Notes under the pieces: generated by a model
The model's database searches: none
Told to the model about the DNA's origin: nothing
The model's input: only the letters and a program-made list of their open reading frames with translations
Position numbers and translations under genes: made by a program
In this document: positions 1 to 7,981 of the stretch, in pieces
Numbering within the stretch: position 1 is the stretch's first letter
Layout: the number at the start of each line of letters is the position of its first letter
IMG/VR virus record: IMGVR_UViG_3300007734_000747
Length of the DNA: 20,000 nucleotides
Origin: an uncultured virus (IMG/VR IMGVR_UViG_3300007734_000747)
Lineage: Duplodnaviria; Heunggongvirae; Uroviricota; Caudoviricetes
Direction: 5' to 3' (one strand)

Positions 1-540
1 TTCCCTAAACTCAACTTCCAGCACTTGTTCTTGCAAAGTTTCTAGGGTTTGTAGCAGTTCTTTCTCAACTTCCTCAATAGGCTGCACTTTTACAGTCATC
101 TCTGTGCGCTTCTTAAATGCATCAACGCCGTCTACCTCACCTAATTTAGATATAGCGGCAATCCTTGCCTTAGCGTCTTTAGCATTCTCTATCTCAGATA
201 CCAATTTATTAACTACGTACAGTTTTAAATCAGATAACTCTTCTACGATCATGCAGTTGGACTGCGCAACCATACCTGCTAGATAAGCCATTACCTCATT
301 GGGGTACTTTGCGAACTCAGGGCGATGAGCCGGGTTCGTCATCATCTGCTTTGCCACTTCTCGGGCAGTCTCCATGTGTTCTGGAGTTGGTTCTATTGGG
401 GTGTCGTTTAGGTCGGCTACTAACTTAATAGTGCGCGCCCGCATTTCTAGTTCTTCGTGGGGCGATAGGTGGGGCATTGCTTCAAAGGCTGAAGCTGGTA
501 GAGGAATATCTTCATCGATGTTTGGGACAATCACATTCAT
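1..540 (-). CDS. Phage protein, possible terminase small subunit (3' end truncated by window edge)
   Basis: Not in the ORF track. Open frame from ATG at 540 to position 1: MNVIVPNIDEDIPLPASAFEAMPHLSPHEELEMRARTIKL...DAKARIAAISKLGEVDGVDAFKKRTEMTV... It is helical and the first gene of the divergent arm. The TerS call is inference from position and general resemblance. Confidence 0.6.
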   Translation of the reverse strand, partial: MNVIVPNIDEDIPLPASAFEAMPHLSPHEELEMRARTIKLVADLNDTPIEPTPEHMETAREVAKQMMTNPAHRPEFAKYPNEVMAYLAGMVAQSNCMIVEELSDLKLYVVNKLVSEIENAKDAKARIAAISKLGEVDGVDAFKKRTEMTVKVQPIEEVEKELLQTLETLQEQVLEVEFRE

Positions 541-571
541 ATAAGCGTTCTGTGGCCTATGGAATTTGCCA

Positions 572-598
572 ACTATAACACGAATATTTTTTTTGCAA
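572..598 (-). promoter_or_regulatory. Possible leftward extended -10 promoter
   Basis: Minus strand TGt-TATAGT (580-572), with TTGCAA only 15 bp upstream (suboptimal spacing). Confidence 0.3.
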
Positions 599-600
599 TA

Positions 601-845
601 GGGGAGGTTGGGACTCCTACCCGGGGGGTCATGGGGGATTCGACAAAGCTTGCCCGGGGAATAATCTAAGGTGGGGGTGGGGTATAAATATATTTAATGA
701 TAGTAATGTTAAGGTCGAAGGCTGAGTTTTGTGGAGTTTGTACGAGGACAAGTGGGCTGGATTTTGGAAAGTAGGGGTGTCGTTTGTGCATCTCTTGGTG
801 TAGAGGGGCGCGATGGTACCTAATGCCAGAAGGGGGGTGTGGGGG
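601..845 (+). other. Strand-biased G-tract region between divergent arms
   Basis: Multiple G4-G6 runs at 601-682 and 806-845; non-coding. Confidence 0.6.
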
Positions 846-866
846 TCGATATAGTACCCAGATTAC

Positions 867-896
867 TTTACATATGCCCTACCTATGATGTATAAC
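867..896 (+). promoter_or_regulatory. Sigma70-like early promoter
   Basis: TTTACA (867-872), 18 bp spacer, TATAAC (891-896). Confidence 0.5.
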
Positions 897-947
897 ATAA
901 TCACTCGATGCAATTGTGCACGAGTAAATCTAGATAAGGAGTTCGTA

Positions 948-1418
948 ATGAACATCAAATCCGCCGCCGATGTAATCGGCACTGCTGTCGCTTCTCTTGA
1001 TGCAACTATCCGCGATATCAAAGTAAGACGCGCATTACTTAAGTCTGGTAAGACTCGCACCATGTTAGAGAAGCTGTTAGCTCCTATGATGTATATCATT
1101 GGTGATCTTGGTAGTGTGCGCGTTGAGGCATTCTTATCCAAGCCTAGTGTTTACATCACTTTGTATTCGCTCGACAGTTTGAAACAACGTGAGCTTGTAT
1201 CTCTTCTTGCTTACTTGCATGATGAGTCTGATAAGTTGGAAGGCAAGATATCTACCCAAGATTGGGCGGCAGCAGTAAACCGAGACTTTAAGTTTGTGAC
1301 TAGCAAATGGGAAGTCTCTGTTAGTGCCTATGTTAAGGATGACAGTCCAACATGCCGTAGAGTAGTAGTCGGTACGAAGATGGTAGAGCAAGTGCAGTAT
1401 GAGATAGCTTGTGACTAA
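948..1418 (+). CDS. Hypothetical early phage protein (156 aa)
   Basis: ORF 885..1418; start reassigned to ATG 948 behind RBS TAAGGAG. Followed by a terminator. Confidence 0.8.
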   Translation: MNIKSAADVIGTAVASLDATIRDIKVRRALLKSGKTRTMLEKLLAPMMYIIGDLGSVRVEAFLSKPSVYITLYSLDSLKQRELVSLLAYLHDESDKLEGKISTQDWAAAVNRDFKFVTSKWEVSVSAYVKDDSPTCRRVVVGTKMVEQVQYEIACD

Positions 1419-1420
1419 CT

Positions 1421-1451
1421 AAGACGGGAGGCGAAAGCTTCCCGTTTTTTT
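1421..1451 (+). terminator. Rho-independent terminator
   Basis: ACGGGAGGC-GAAA-GCTTCCCGT hairpin with T run. Confidence 0.85.
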
Positions 1452-1463
1452 GCGCCTACACGT

Positions 1464-1546
1464 TTGAAACCAGTTATCTGTCGTCGCGCGAGCCAAAGCG
1501 CGTGTGAGCAAGCGCGTTAAATAATACTTCACGCATGCGTGAATTA
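1464..1546 (+). repeat. Duplicated intergenic element, copy 1
   Basis: TTGAAACCAGTTATCTGTCGTCGCGCG...GCAAGCGCGTTAAATAATACTTCACGCATGCGTGAATTA; matches 2326-2400. Confidence 0.9.
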
Positions 1547-1547
1547 C

Positions 1548-1576
1548 TTGCTTTATGGGGCTATGTGACGTATAAC
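1548..1576 (+). promoter_or_regulatory. Sigma70-like early promoter
   Basis: TTGCTT (1548-1553), 17 bp spacer, TATAAC (1571-1576). Confidence 0.6.
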
Positions 1577-1630
1577 TATTCTATCGGATAGATACCGATC
1601 TTTTTATAATTCCATTTAAGGATGACTATC

Positions 1631-2278
1631 ATGTCAAAAGCAAAACTAGTAGTAGAATCGCCGTCGTATAAATCATTGTCGGATTTTGGTTATAACGTCG
1701 CAAAACGTGCGGATGCTATTCGTGCGGATGGTGCATGGGCTTTGGATAACATTCCAAATTTCATTGAGGGTTGCTCACCAGAAGCGCGTGTAGAGTTGAA
1801 CGAGGGTTTTCGTCAACGTGCAAGCGAATTGCCTAAGTATGCTGAAGTTGTTTATGGCATCGTTGATGGTAATGTTATTCCATTGTCGCAGCTATCAGGC
1901 GACGCACCAAAAGAGCAATTTAAGGTGAATGTAGCAATGGTCTTTTCGTACAGCCAACAGCAAATCGGTGCAATGAAAAGTGATGACCCTGCTAAGTACA
2001 ATGTAATCTTTGACTTGCGCGATCGCGTAAACAAATATTGCTCAAATCGGTTTAATGATTTGAAAGCAGCAGCAAAGAAAGTATTAAAAGAGCGCGATCC
2101 AGATTCACACACTCGCGCTGCTACATTGTCTTTCGGTGAATTCATTGATAAAACCCTTGATACACTCAAAACGCGATGCAAATCAGCAGAAGCAAGGGGC
2201 AATGACCCAACTGCTAACAGCAAAGCCCTTGACGCTGCGATCATAGCCTTCAAGGTAAAACTTGAAGTAACTAAGTAA
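1631..2278 (+). CDS. Hypothetical early phage protein (~215 aa)
   Basis: ORF 1622..2278; ATG 1631 follows TAAGGA. Has its own promoter and terminator. Confidence 0.85.
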   Translation: MSKAKLVVESPSYKSLSDFGYNVAKRADAIRADGAWALDNIPNFIEGCSPEARVELNEGFRQRASELPKYAEVVYGIVDGNVIPLSQLSGDAPKEQFKVNVAMVFSYSQQQIGAMKSDDPAKYNVIFDLRDRVNKYCSNRFNDLKAAAKKVLKERDPDSHTRAATLSFGEFIDKTLDTLKTRCKSAEARGNDPTANSKALDAAIIAFKVKLEVTK

Positions 2279-2283
2279 CAGCT

Positions 2284-2314
2284 AAACCCTAGCCGCAAGG
2301 CTAGGGTTTTTTTT
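2284..2314 (+). terminator. Rho-independent terminator
   Basis: AAACCCTAGCC-GCAA-GGCTAGGGTTT with T8 run. Confidence 0.9.
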
Positions 2315-2325
2315 CGCCCTGCGAA

Positions 2326-2400
2326 TTGAAACCAGTTGTTTGTCCTCGCGCGCGGGCGTGCGCAAGCGCGTTAAATAAGACTTCACGTATGCGTGAATTA
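2326..2400 (+). repeat. Duplicated intergenic element, copy 2
   Basis: Two blocks, 24/27 and 37/39 identical to copy 1 (1464-1546). Confidence 0.9.
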
Positions 2401-2508
2401 ACCCATAGATGACGCTCAACGTAGAGGCGCGCTAGTTATTTAATTAGGCGACACTTTACGAGGCTATCATCTACCGTTTGCTTAAATGACGTAATTGGGG
2501 GTAAAAAC

Positions 2509-2903
2509 TGTTCTGACAACTTTGTTGTTGTTCTGGCTACGGAACAGGATTTCGCCTTTTAAATCAACGACTTACGCACTTGTTCCGGTGTTCTGGTGTT
2601 TTTAGGTGGTATGGGCAGAAACAACGTTTTTTTCAGGTTGATCGTCCTTCGCGGCAAGTGCATCAAAAAACACTCTCAACCAGCCATATACCTTTTCTCA
2701 ACCAGAACAGAACACTATATATAGTATATAGTTTAAATAATAAAGATAAAAAACCTAGTGTTTTCGCGGTATCTCAGCCATTTCTTTCTGTTCCGGCAAC
2801 ATTTAAAAACCAGAACAAAACCACCATTCCCTACTACATTTAGTAAAAACTTGTTCCGGTTTTCCCACACCACCAGAACAAAACCACCTCACAGGTCGGA
2901 ACA
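2509..2903. repeat. Iteron-like repeat cluster, putative replication origin
   Basis: 12 copies of TGTTCYGN or its complement flank an AT-rich core (about 2715-2753). IHF-consensus AATCAAcgacTTA at 2562-2574. Confidence 0.6.
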
Positions 2904-2922
2904 AAAAACCCATACAAAGTGC

Positions 2923-2951
2923 TTGATTAGTATGTCAATTTATAGTATAAT
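2923..2951 (+). promoter_or_regulatory. Sigma70-like promoter
   Basis: TTGATT, 17 bp spacer, TATAAT. Confidence 0.75.
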
Positions 2952-3053
2952 TATAGTGTCGGTAAGCAATGTATCAAACCTAATCGACAAAGCACCAAGA
3001 AAGTTATTTAACACTTCACGTAGACGTGAATTACACAGAAAGGTAGGCAGCAC

Positions 3054-3263
3054 ATGAGTCAAGAAATAATGAAGCAACTACACGAAACCATCGCCAACTT
3101 AGTGGCACAGCATGGCAGCGGGATTATCACAGACTTAGAGTTCGTATATGCAATTAGCAGCGCGGGTATAGATGCAAAATGTGCGTTCTTAAAAAGACAA
3201 TTACCCATACACAACGAAGACTTAACTGGGTTGACTGACGTCAATACCGGATTACGTTATTAA
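3054..3263 (+). CDS. Hypothetical protein (69 aa)
   Basis: RBS GAAAGGTAGG; first gene after the promoter. Confidence 0.7.
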   Translation: MSQEIMKQLHETIANLVAQHGSGIITDLEFVYAISSAGIDAKCAFLKRQLPIHNEDLTGLTDVNTGLRY

Positions 3264-3303
3264 ATAACAGTTCACTAACCCCTGAACCAGAAAGGAACCC
3301 ATC

Positions 3304-3609
3304 ATGGGCAAACTAAAACAAGCAATGATCGAGGCACAAGAACGGTGGCACGTAGACACACCTGACCTAACAATGGATGAACTAATTAAAGAGGATGTGT
3401 TCTTCCGATACGGCGTAGACATCGAAGTAGCGCAGCGCGTTATGACTTTGCTGAGAGTGTACCCACCACCAGAGCATTTGTACGTGACGCACCCAGAACT
3501 ACACGTTGTATGGCTTAAGGAATACTTAGAGGACATGGAGAACAAGCAACTGAGTAAACAGCTCGTTCTGTTCCCCGAGGGCAATATGCCTTGGGCATGG
3601 GAGAAATGA
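3304..3609 (+). CDS. Hypothetical protein (101 aa)
   Basis: RBS GAAAGGA; operon packing. Confidence 0.8.
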   Translation: MGKLKQAMIEAQERWHVDTPDLTMDELIKEDVFFRYGVDIEVAQRVMTLLRVYPPPEHLYVTHPELHVVWLKEYLEDMENKQLSKQLVLFPEGNMPWAWEK

Positions 3610-3610
3610 C

Positions 3611-3994
3611 ATGGGCTATCGATCAGACATTACTTGCATCATGTACGCGGTAAAACAAACTCATGAGACAGGGGCACAGGAAGTAGTCAACGCGTGGGTT
3701 AAACAACGCATACCTGACTTCAAGGAAATAAATGGCTTGGACTTGCACTCTTACTTTGAGTTTGAGAAAGACAAGGCGGTGTTCCGATGCGAGGGTTGGA
3801 AATGGTATCCAGACTATGACGAGGTCAAAGCGTTGGAGAATTTATTTGAAGAGTTTGCCGATACGTTTTGCTCAGGAGATGCTTATGCGATGGAGTTTAT
3901 ACGCATAGGCGAGGATTGGACAGACGTTGAGGCGCGGCGACATGGCAACTACAATTGCCGTTTAGATTTTCATAGACACATTTACGTTGATTAG
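3611..3994 (+). CDS. Hypothetical phage protein (127 aa)
   Basis: RBS GGAG; abuts upstream gene. MGYRSD...KWY...FIRIGED motifs. Confidence 0.85.
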   Translation: MGYRSDITCIMYAVKQTHETGAQEVVNAWVKQRIPDFKEINGLDLHSYFEFEKDKAVFRCEGWKWYPDYDEVKALENLFEEFADTFCSGDAYAMEFIRIGEDWTDVEARRHGNYNCRLDFHRHIYVD

Positions 3995-4004
3995 GAGTTC
4001 ACCT

Positions 4005-4223
4005 ATGGCTGAAGAGAATCATAGCAGACCTTGCATTATATGTGGCTCACCGGTAGCTCACCAACGGTGGGCGTTGGGATACAAAACTTGTATGCCATGT
4101 GGACAAGCAGCGTCAGTCAGTATAAAGCGGTGCGTTGTGCCAATGCACAAGAGTAACTACGTGATGGTCACAGACATCACAGACTTACAGGGCATCAACA
4201 ACAAGGGAGGGTTAGTTAAATGA
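4005..4223 (+). CDS. DksA/TraR-type C4 zinc-finger-like protein
   Basis: CIICGSPVAHQRWALGYKTCMPC; start ATG 4005 after AGGAG. Confidence 0.6.
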   Translation: MAEENHSRPCIICGSPVAHQRWALGYKTCMPCGQAASVSIKRCVVPMHKSNYVMVTDITDLQGINNKGGLVK

Positions 4224-4375
4224 CAGGTGATGAACTATTAGCAGAGGTCAACGAAGCGTTGGCACGTTGGGAAGCGGACAATTCGTTGCATACATTAACT
4301 GAGGAGGAGCGCAACTGTTGGCGTATCGGGTATTGCTACGGTCGGGGTGTAACTAGCGGACTAAAGGAGGGCTAG
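4220..4375 (+). CDS. Small hypothetical protein (51 aa)
   Basis: MTGDELLAEVNEALARWE...; ATGA overlap and RBS GGAGG. Below ORF-track cutoff. Confidence 0.7.
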   Translation: MTGDELLAEVNEALARWEADNSLHTLTEEERNCWRIGYCYGRGVTSGLKEG

Positions 4376-4379
4376 TGAA

Positions 4380-4505
4380 ATGACTGATAAACAAATACAT
4401 GAGCTTGCTAGATATATCGCCACATATTTAGCAGAGGAAAACCAGCACGTAGATTTATTTACTGTACGTAACGCTATCGAGGCATATCTGGGCGGCGCGA
4501 GATGA
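4380..4505 (+). CDS. Small hypothetical protein (41 aa)
   Basis: MTDKQIHELARYIATYLAEE...; RBS AAGGAGG. Confidence 0.7.
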   Translation: MTDKQIHELARYIATYLAEENQHVDLFTVRNAIEAYLGGAR

Positions 4506-4705
4506 GAGGGGAAAGTAACGCAGTAGTTGTCAGCGGTAATATTCTTATGGCACGTCATGAGTTAGAACACGCAGCCCAACCTAGTGCTGAGGTAAGGCGC
4601 GGGGTGATATGCGTGGAGCGGCGATATAAAGGGCGTGATGTATGGATACCGCTGTTCAGGCAGCAAGAATATACACAGTGGTCTAATTGTTTTTCTGTTT
4701 TATAG
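4502..4705 (+). CDS. Hypothetical protein (67 aa)
   Basis: ATGA overlap with upstream ORF. Confidence 0.55.
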   Translation: MRGESNAVVVSGNILMARHELEHAAQPSAEVRRGVICVERRYKGRDVWIPLFRQQEYTQWSNCFSVL

Positions 4706-4717
4706 GGAGGGTTGAAG

Positions 4718-4801
4718 ATGGACATCGATGATGTTGTAGGACTATTTTGTGGCTTGGTGTTGGCTGCATTGTTAGTCATGTTGTGCGTGGGGAAGCTATG
4801 A
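4718..4801 (+). CDS. Small membrane peptide (27 aa)
   Basis: MDIDDVVGLFCGLVLAALLVMLCVGKL; RBS GGAGG; ATGA coupling to the next ORF. Confidence 0.6.
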   Translation: MDIDDVVGLFCGLVLAALLVMLCVGKL

Positions 4802-4959
4802 AAGTAATTAGCGAACAAAGGCAGGAAGCAATAAAGAAGCGTCAGCGGCAGGACGTTGGGTATAGAAACTTTAATCGCATGTTGGATTTAATACTACAGG
4901 AAAGGGTGAAGCGTAATCTTAAAAATGAGGGAGGGACAGGCAATGAATGTAAGGAATAA
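4798..4959 (+). CDS. Small basic hypothetical protein (53 aa)
   Basis: MKVISEQRQEAIKK...; ATGA overlap. Confidence 0.6.
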   Translation: MKVISEQRQEAIKKRQRQDVGYRNFNRMLDLILQERVKRNLKNEGGTGNECKE

Positions 4960-5089
4960 CAAGCAGTCAATTAAACAAACAATACGCGACACTAAACGTA
5001 TCTTGAGGCGGCAGAAAGGCACGATATGGGAGCGTGAGTATTTGTTTGCACACATCAACAAAGTTAAAGGGAGATTGGGATGGATATGA
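4943..5089 (+). CDS. Small basic hypothetical protein (48 aa)
   Basis: MNVRNNKQSIKQTIRDTKRILRR...; RBS GGAGG. Confidence 0.6.
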   Translation: MNVRNNKQSIKQTIRDTKRILRRQKGTIWEREYLFAHINKVKGRLGWI

Positions 5090-5427
5090 ATGATGAAGGT
5101 TTGTACGAGCCAGTAGATGCACGACCACTAGAGAGCGGTGCAATACAAAAGATATACCGCTTTGCCAATGGGTACGGAGCGTCAGTTGTCAAGGGAGAGC
5201 ATACCTACGGAGGGGACGAGGGACTATGGGAGTTGGCTGTCATTACCTTTGCGGTAAAGGCTGACAATCACACTTATATGTTGTGCTATGACACTCCTAT
5301 CACACAGGACGTTGAGGGCAATCTCAATGACGGTGAGGTGGAAGAGATACTTGACAAGATTAAACATCTACCGATGCGGGGGGATGATGAGATGCGTCAA
5401 CAAGGCAATGAAAGGCAGCACGTATGA
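5080..5427 (+). CDS. Conserved phage hypothetical protein
   Basis: YRFANGYGASVV...GLWELAV motif, recognised from phage proteins of unknown function. Confidence 0.8.
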   Translation: MDMNDEGLYEPVDARPLESGAIQKIYRFANGYGASVVKGEHTYGGDEGLWELAVITFAVKADNHTYMLCYDTPITQDVEGNLNDGEVEEILDKIKHLPMRGDDEMRQQGNERQHV

Positions 5428-5645
5428 ACACACTATACGAAATAACAACCATTGTATTGGGCGTATGGGTATTAGTGCTTCATGTACGCCTGAATCGTAA
5501 GACTTCCTTCTTGAACAAGCTGAGTGTGTCACTTGACCGTATTGCTGATGGGACGTGGGAGGTTAGATCAATTGAGGATGGCTTCGAGGTATACGACAAG
5601 TCAGACAACGAGAAGATGATCGCAGTAAGGAGGCTAAAGGCATGA
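5424..5645 (+). CDS. Hypothetical protein with N-terminal TM helix (73 aa)
   Basis: ATGA overlap; hydrophobic ITTIVLGVWVLVL. Confidence 0.7.
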   Translation: MNTLYEITTIVLGVWVLVLHVRLNRKTSFLNKLSVSLDRIADGTWEVRSIEDGFEVYDKSDNEKMIAVRRLKA

Positions 5646-5818
5646 ACAACTGGCTTCGTATTATCTGCGCGGTTGTGCTGATTTCAATCAGCTTGATGTC
5701 ATTGGGAGCATTCTTAGCCCACAGGTACATATATAAAAGTGGAGTAATTCGCTTGTATAATATGTCTAGTTATGATATACTTATAAGTAGTGGACGGTAC
5801 AATCTACTGCGAAATTAA
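5642..5818 (+). CDS. Small membrane protein (58 aa)
   Basis: MNNWLRIICAVVLISISLMSLGAFLA...; ATGA overlap; 3' end overlaps the promoter. Confidence 0.5.
   Translation: MNNWLRIICAVVLISISLMSLGAFLAHRYIYKSGVIRLYNMSSYDILISSGRYNLLRN
5753..5781 (+). promoter_or_regulatory. Sigma70-like promoter with extended -10
   Basis: TTGTAT, 17 bp spacer, TATACT preceded by TGn. 5751-5785 is 27/35 identical to 2921-2955. Confidence 0.7.
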
Positions 5819-5874
5819 GTTAAGAGTTCAGCGTCACATGAAGTTCTATTTAATCACATATAAAAGGCAATGAA

Positions 5875-6792
5875 ATGAATATCTCTTTAAATAAACCAAA
5901 ACACATTACGTCACTTGCAACCGCAGGTCTATTAGTATCAGTCGAGGTCAACGTCTGGTCAGCAACTAAGCAGGATAGAGGCATCAGCAATGAGGTTACT
6001 ACCGCAAAGAAAGCCGATCAAAACGCGGGCAGGTTCGTTAAGAATCTACTTGCCAACAACATCGATCACAAGAATCTACTGAACTATCGTCAGACTATCT
6101 ATAACTGGATGCAGCGCACAACGTACCCGTGGAATAAAGCGCAGGACTATCTGCCGCACGTATCTCTACCCAAGTTTATGCAAGAGTTCCACGACCACAA
6201 GGCAGAGTTCGAGCGTCTGTTAGATACATTCTGCAACAACTATGCGACTACCGTATCCAACATGGCGTTCGCACAAGGTCAGATGTTCAACCGCAACGAC
6301 TACCCAGATGTGTCCGAGGTACGCAATAAGTTCTGCATCACTCTGTATACAAGCGAGATTCCGGTGGGCGACTATCGTTGCGCGATAGCACAAGACTTGG
6401 CTAATGATCTTAACAATCATTACAACCAACAAGCGGAGACAATAGTTCAGGGCATCCTGAACGATCAGATGGATAGATTGGTTGAAGTTATGGAGAGTTT
6501 ATCTCATTGCTGTGATGTAGATGAGTACATGGGCAAAGATGGTGAGATGAAACAGAAGAAGCGCAAGATATATGAAGGTACGGTGGCGAAGGCTAAAGAG
6601 TATTGCCATGTGTACAAAGACTTTAATCTGACAGGTGATGATAAGTTAGCTAATGTCATTGCTCAGTTAGATATAGCGTTGCGAGGCGTTGATGCTGATA
6701 TGTTGCGCGAGTCAGACGCAGCGCGTTCGCAAGTTAAAGATGAGGTGGACGATATTCTGTCCAAGTTCATGCCACGTAGTAACAACATTTAA
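5875..6792 (+). CDS. DUF3150-like protein
   Basis: 305 aa; VNVWSATKQD and YPDVSEVRNKF patterns; directly upstream of an AAA+/VWA pair. Confidence 0.65.
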   Translation: MNISLNKPKHITSLATAGLLVSVEVNVWSATKQDRGISNEVTTAKKADQNAGRFVKNLLANNIDHKNLLNYRQTIYNWMQRTTYPWNKAQDYLPHVSLPKFMQEFHDHKAEFERLLDTFCNNYATTVSNMAFAQGQMFNRNDYPDVSEVRNKFCITLYTSEIPVGDYRCAIAQDLANDLNNHYNQQAETIVQGILNDQMDRLVEVMESLSHCCDVDEYMGKDGEMKQKKRKIYEGTVAKAKEYCHVYKDFNLTGDDKLANVIAQLDIALRGVDADMLRESDAARSQVKDEVDDILSKFMPRSNNI

Positions 6793-6830
6793 TTAACGAT
6801 TCACCAAACCCTGAAAGGTAAGACAGCATC

Positions 6831-7967
6831 ATGGCAAAACTAAATTTCACCCAAACAATCACTATCGACCAAGCGGCGACAGTTATTCCAATCCTATCGC
6901 AAACAGTTGAGGGAGAAGATTCACACATCACACCAATCATAGTGAGTGAACCGGGAGTTGGCAAGACTTCTATCTTAAAGCTGATCGCTGAGAAAAATGG
7001 CGACAAGTGGCGTAAACCCAACGATGTGTACGCATCAGACAAATACGAGTACATCTACGTTGACTGTCCGTCAAAAGATCATATGGACATAGCAGCCACT
7101 ATCCCTAACCACCAGACAAAAGCACTCGAGCAATACGTAGGTTCATTGTTCAACATGGGCAGCGGTAAGCCCAAGGTCATCATGCTTGACGAGGCGTTCA
7201 AGGTTCCTAAGTCGATGGGTGTGTTGTTTACCCGACTAATGCTAGAGCGCATGGTGGGTGACGTATCGCTGCCACTAGGTTCTATGGTGTTCGGTACAAG
7301 TAACAACGGAAGCGATGGCGTAGGCGACCACGTACAGTCACATCAGGGCAATCGTATCTGTCTAGTGCGTATGGAGAAACCCGATGCGCGGCGTTGGAAT
7401 GTATGGGCGGGTGAGAATGGCGTGTCAGTTACCTTGCGTTCGTTCGTTGCTATGAATCCACGTTGCTTAGCGTCATACATGGATGGTGGGCAGGAGAACA
7501 ATGAGTTTATATTTAATCCAACCAAGGCAGGACAAGCGGTGTCGTTCGTGTCACCACGTTCGTTGTACAAAGCCAATCGTATCGTAGTTAACCGCGAAGT
7601 TATGGGTACACAGGTGGCTGAAGTGTTACTTGCAGGAACGATTGGTTTAGCAGCGGCGAAAGCGTTGTCTGTCTTTATGGAGATGGAGTCGCAGGTTATT
7701 AAAACTAAGGACGTGGTTGCTAACCCAGAGGGTGTACCCATGCCAAGCGATATGGCTGCGCTTTGCATGATGATGTTCAATGCAGTCGATGACTTGCAGA
7801 CACAGGACGAGCTGTCTCAGTACATGAAGTTCATCAAGCGTATGAATCACAGCGAGTTGCAGTCTGTGTTCTTCACTATGTTGATGGGTAATAAACGCAC
7901 TACTAAACTTGCCGCTAACAATGATGACGTTAAGGCATGGACTAAAGACAACTACAAGTATCTATAA
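6831..7967 (+). CDS. MoxR-type AAA+ ATPase
   Basis: Walker A SEPGVGKT, Walker B IMLDE, sensor GTSN, SPRS motif. Confidence 0.85.
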   Translation: MAKLNFTQTITIDQAATVIPILSQTVEGEDSHITPIIVSEPGVGKTSILKLIAEKNGDKWRKPNDVYASDKYEYIYVDCPSKDHMDIAATIPNHQTKALEQYVGSLFNMGSGKPKVIMLDEAFKVPKSMGVLFTRLMLERMVGDVSLPLGSMVFGTSNNGSDGVGDHVQSHQGNRICLVRMEKPDARRWNVWAGENGVSVTLRSFVAMNPRCLASYMDGGQENNEFIFNPTKAGQAVSFVSPRSLYKANRIVVNREVMGTQVAEVLLAGTIGLAAAKALSVFMEMESQVIKTKDVVANPEGVPMPSDMAALCMMMFNAVDDLQTQDELSQYMKFIKRMNHSELQSVFFTMLMGNKRTTKLAANNDDVKAWTKDNYKYL

Positions 7968-7981
7968 CCTAGGAGAATAAT

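Noticed and set aside
104..286. Plus-strand 60-aa ORF
   Set aside because: Shadow of the longer minus-strand gene 1..540.
1464..2903. Possible CRISPR array, given the repeats and a Cas4-like gene
   Set aside because: No regularly spaced 25-45 bp repeats with unique spacers.
2580..3057. ORFs 2580..2843 and 2758..3057
   Set aside because: No RBS, low-complexity translations; they run across the repeat cluster and a promoter.
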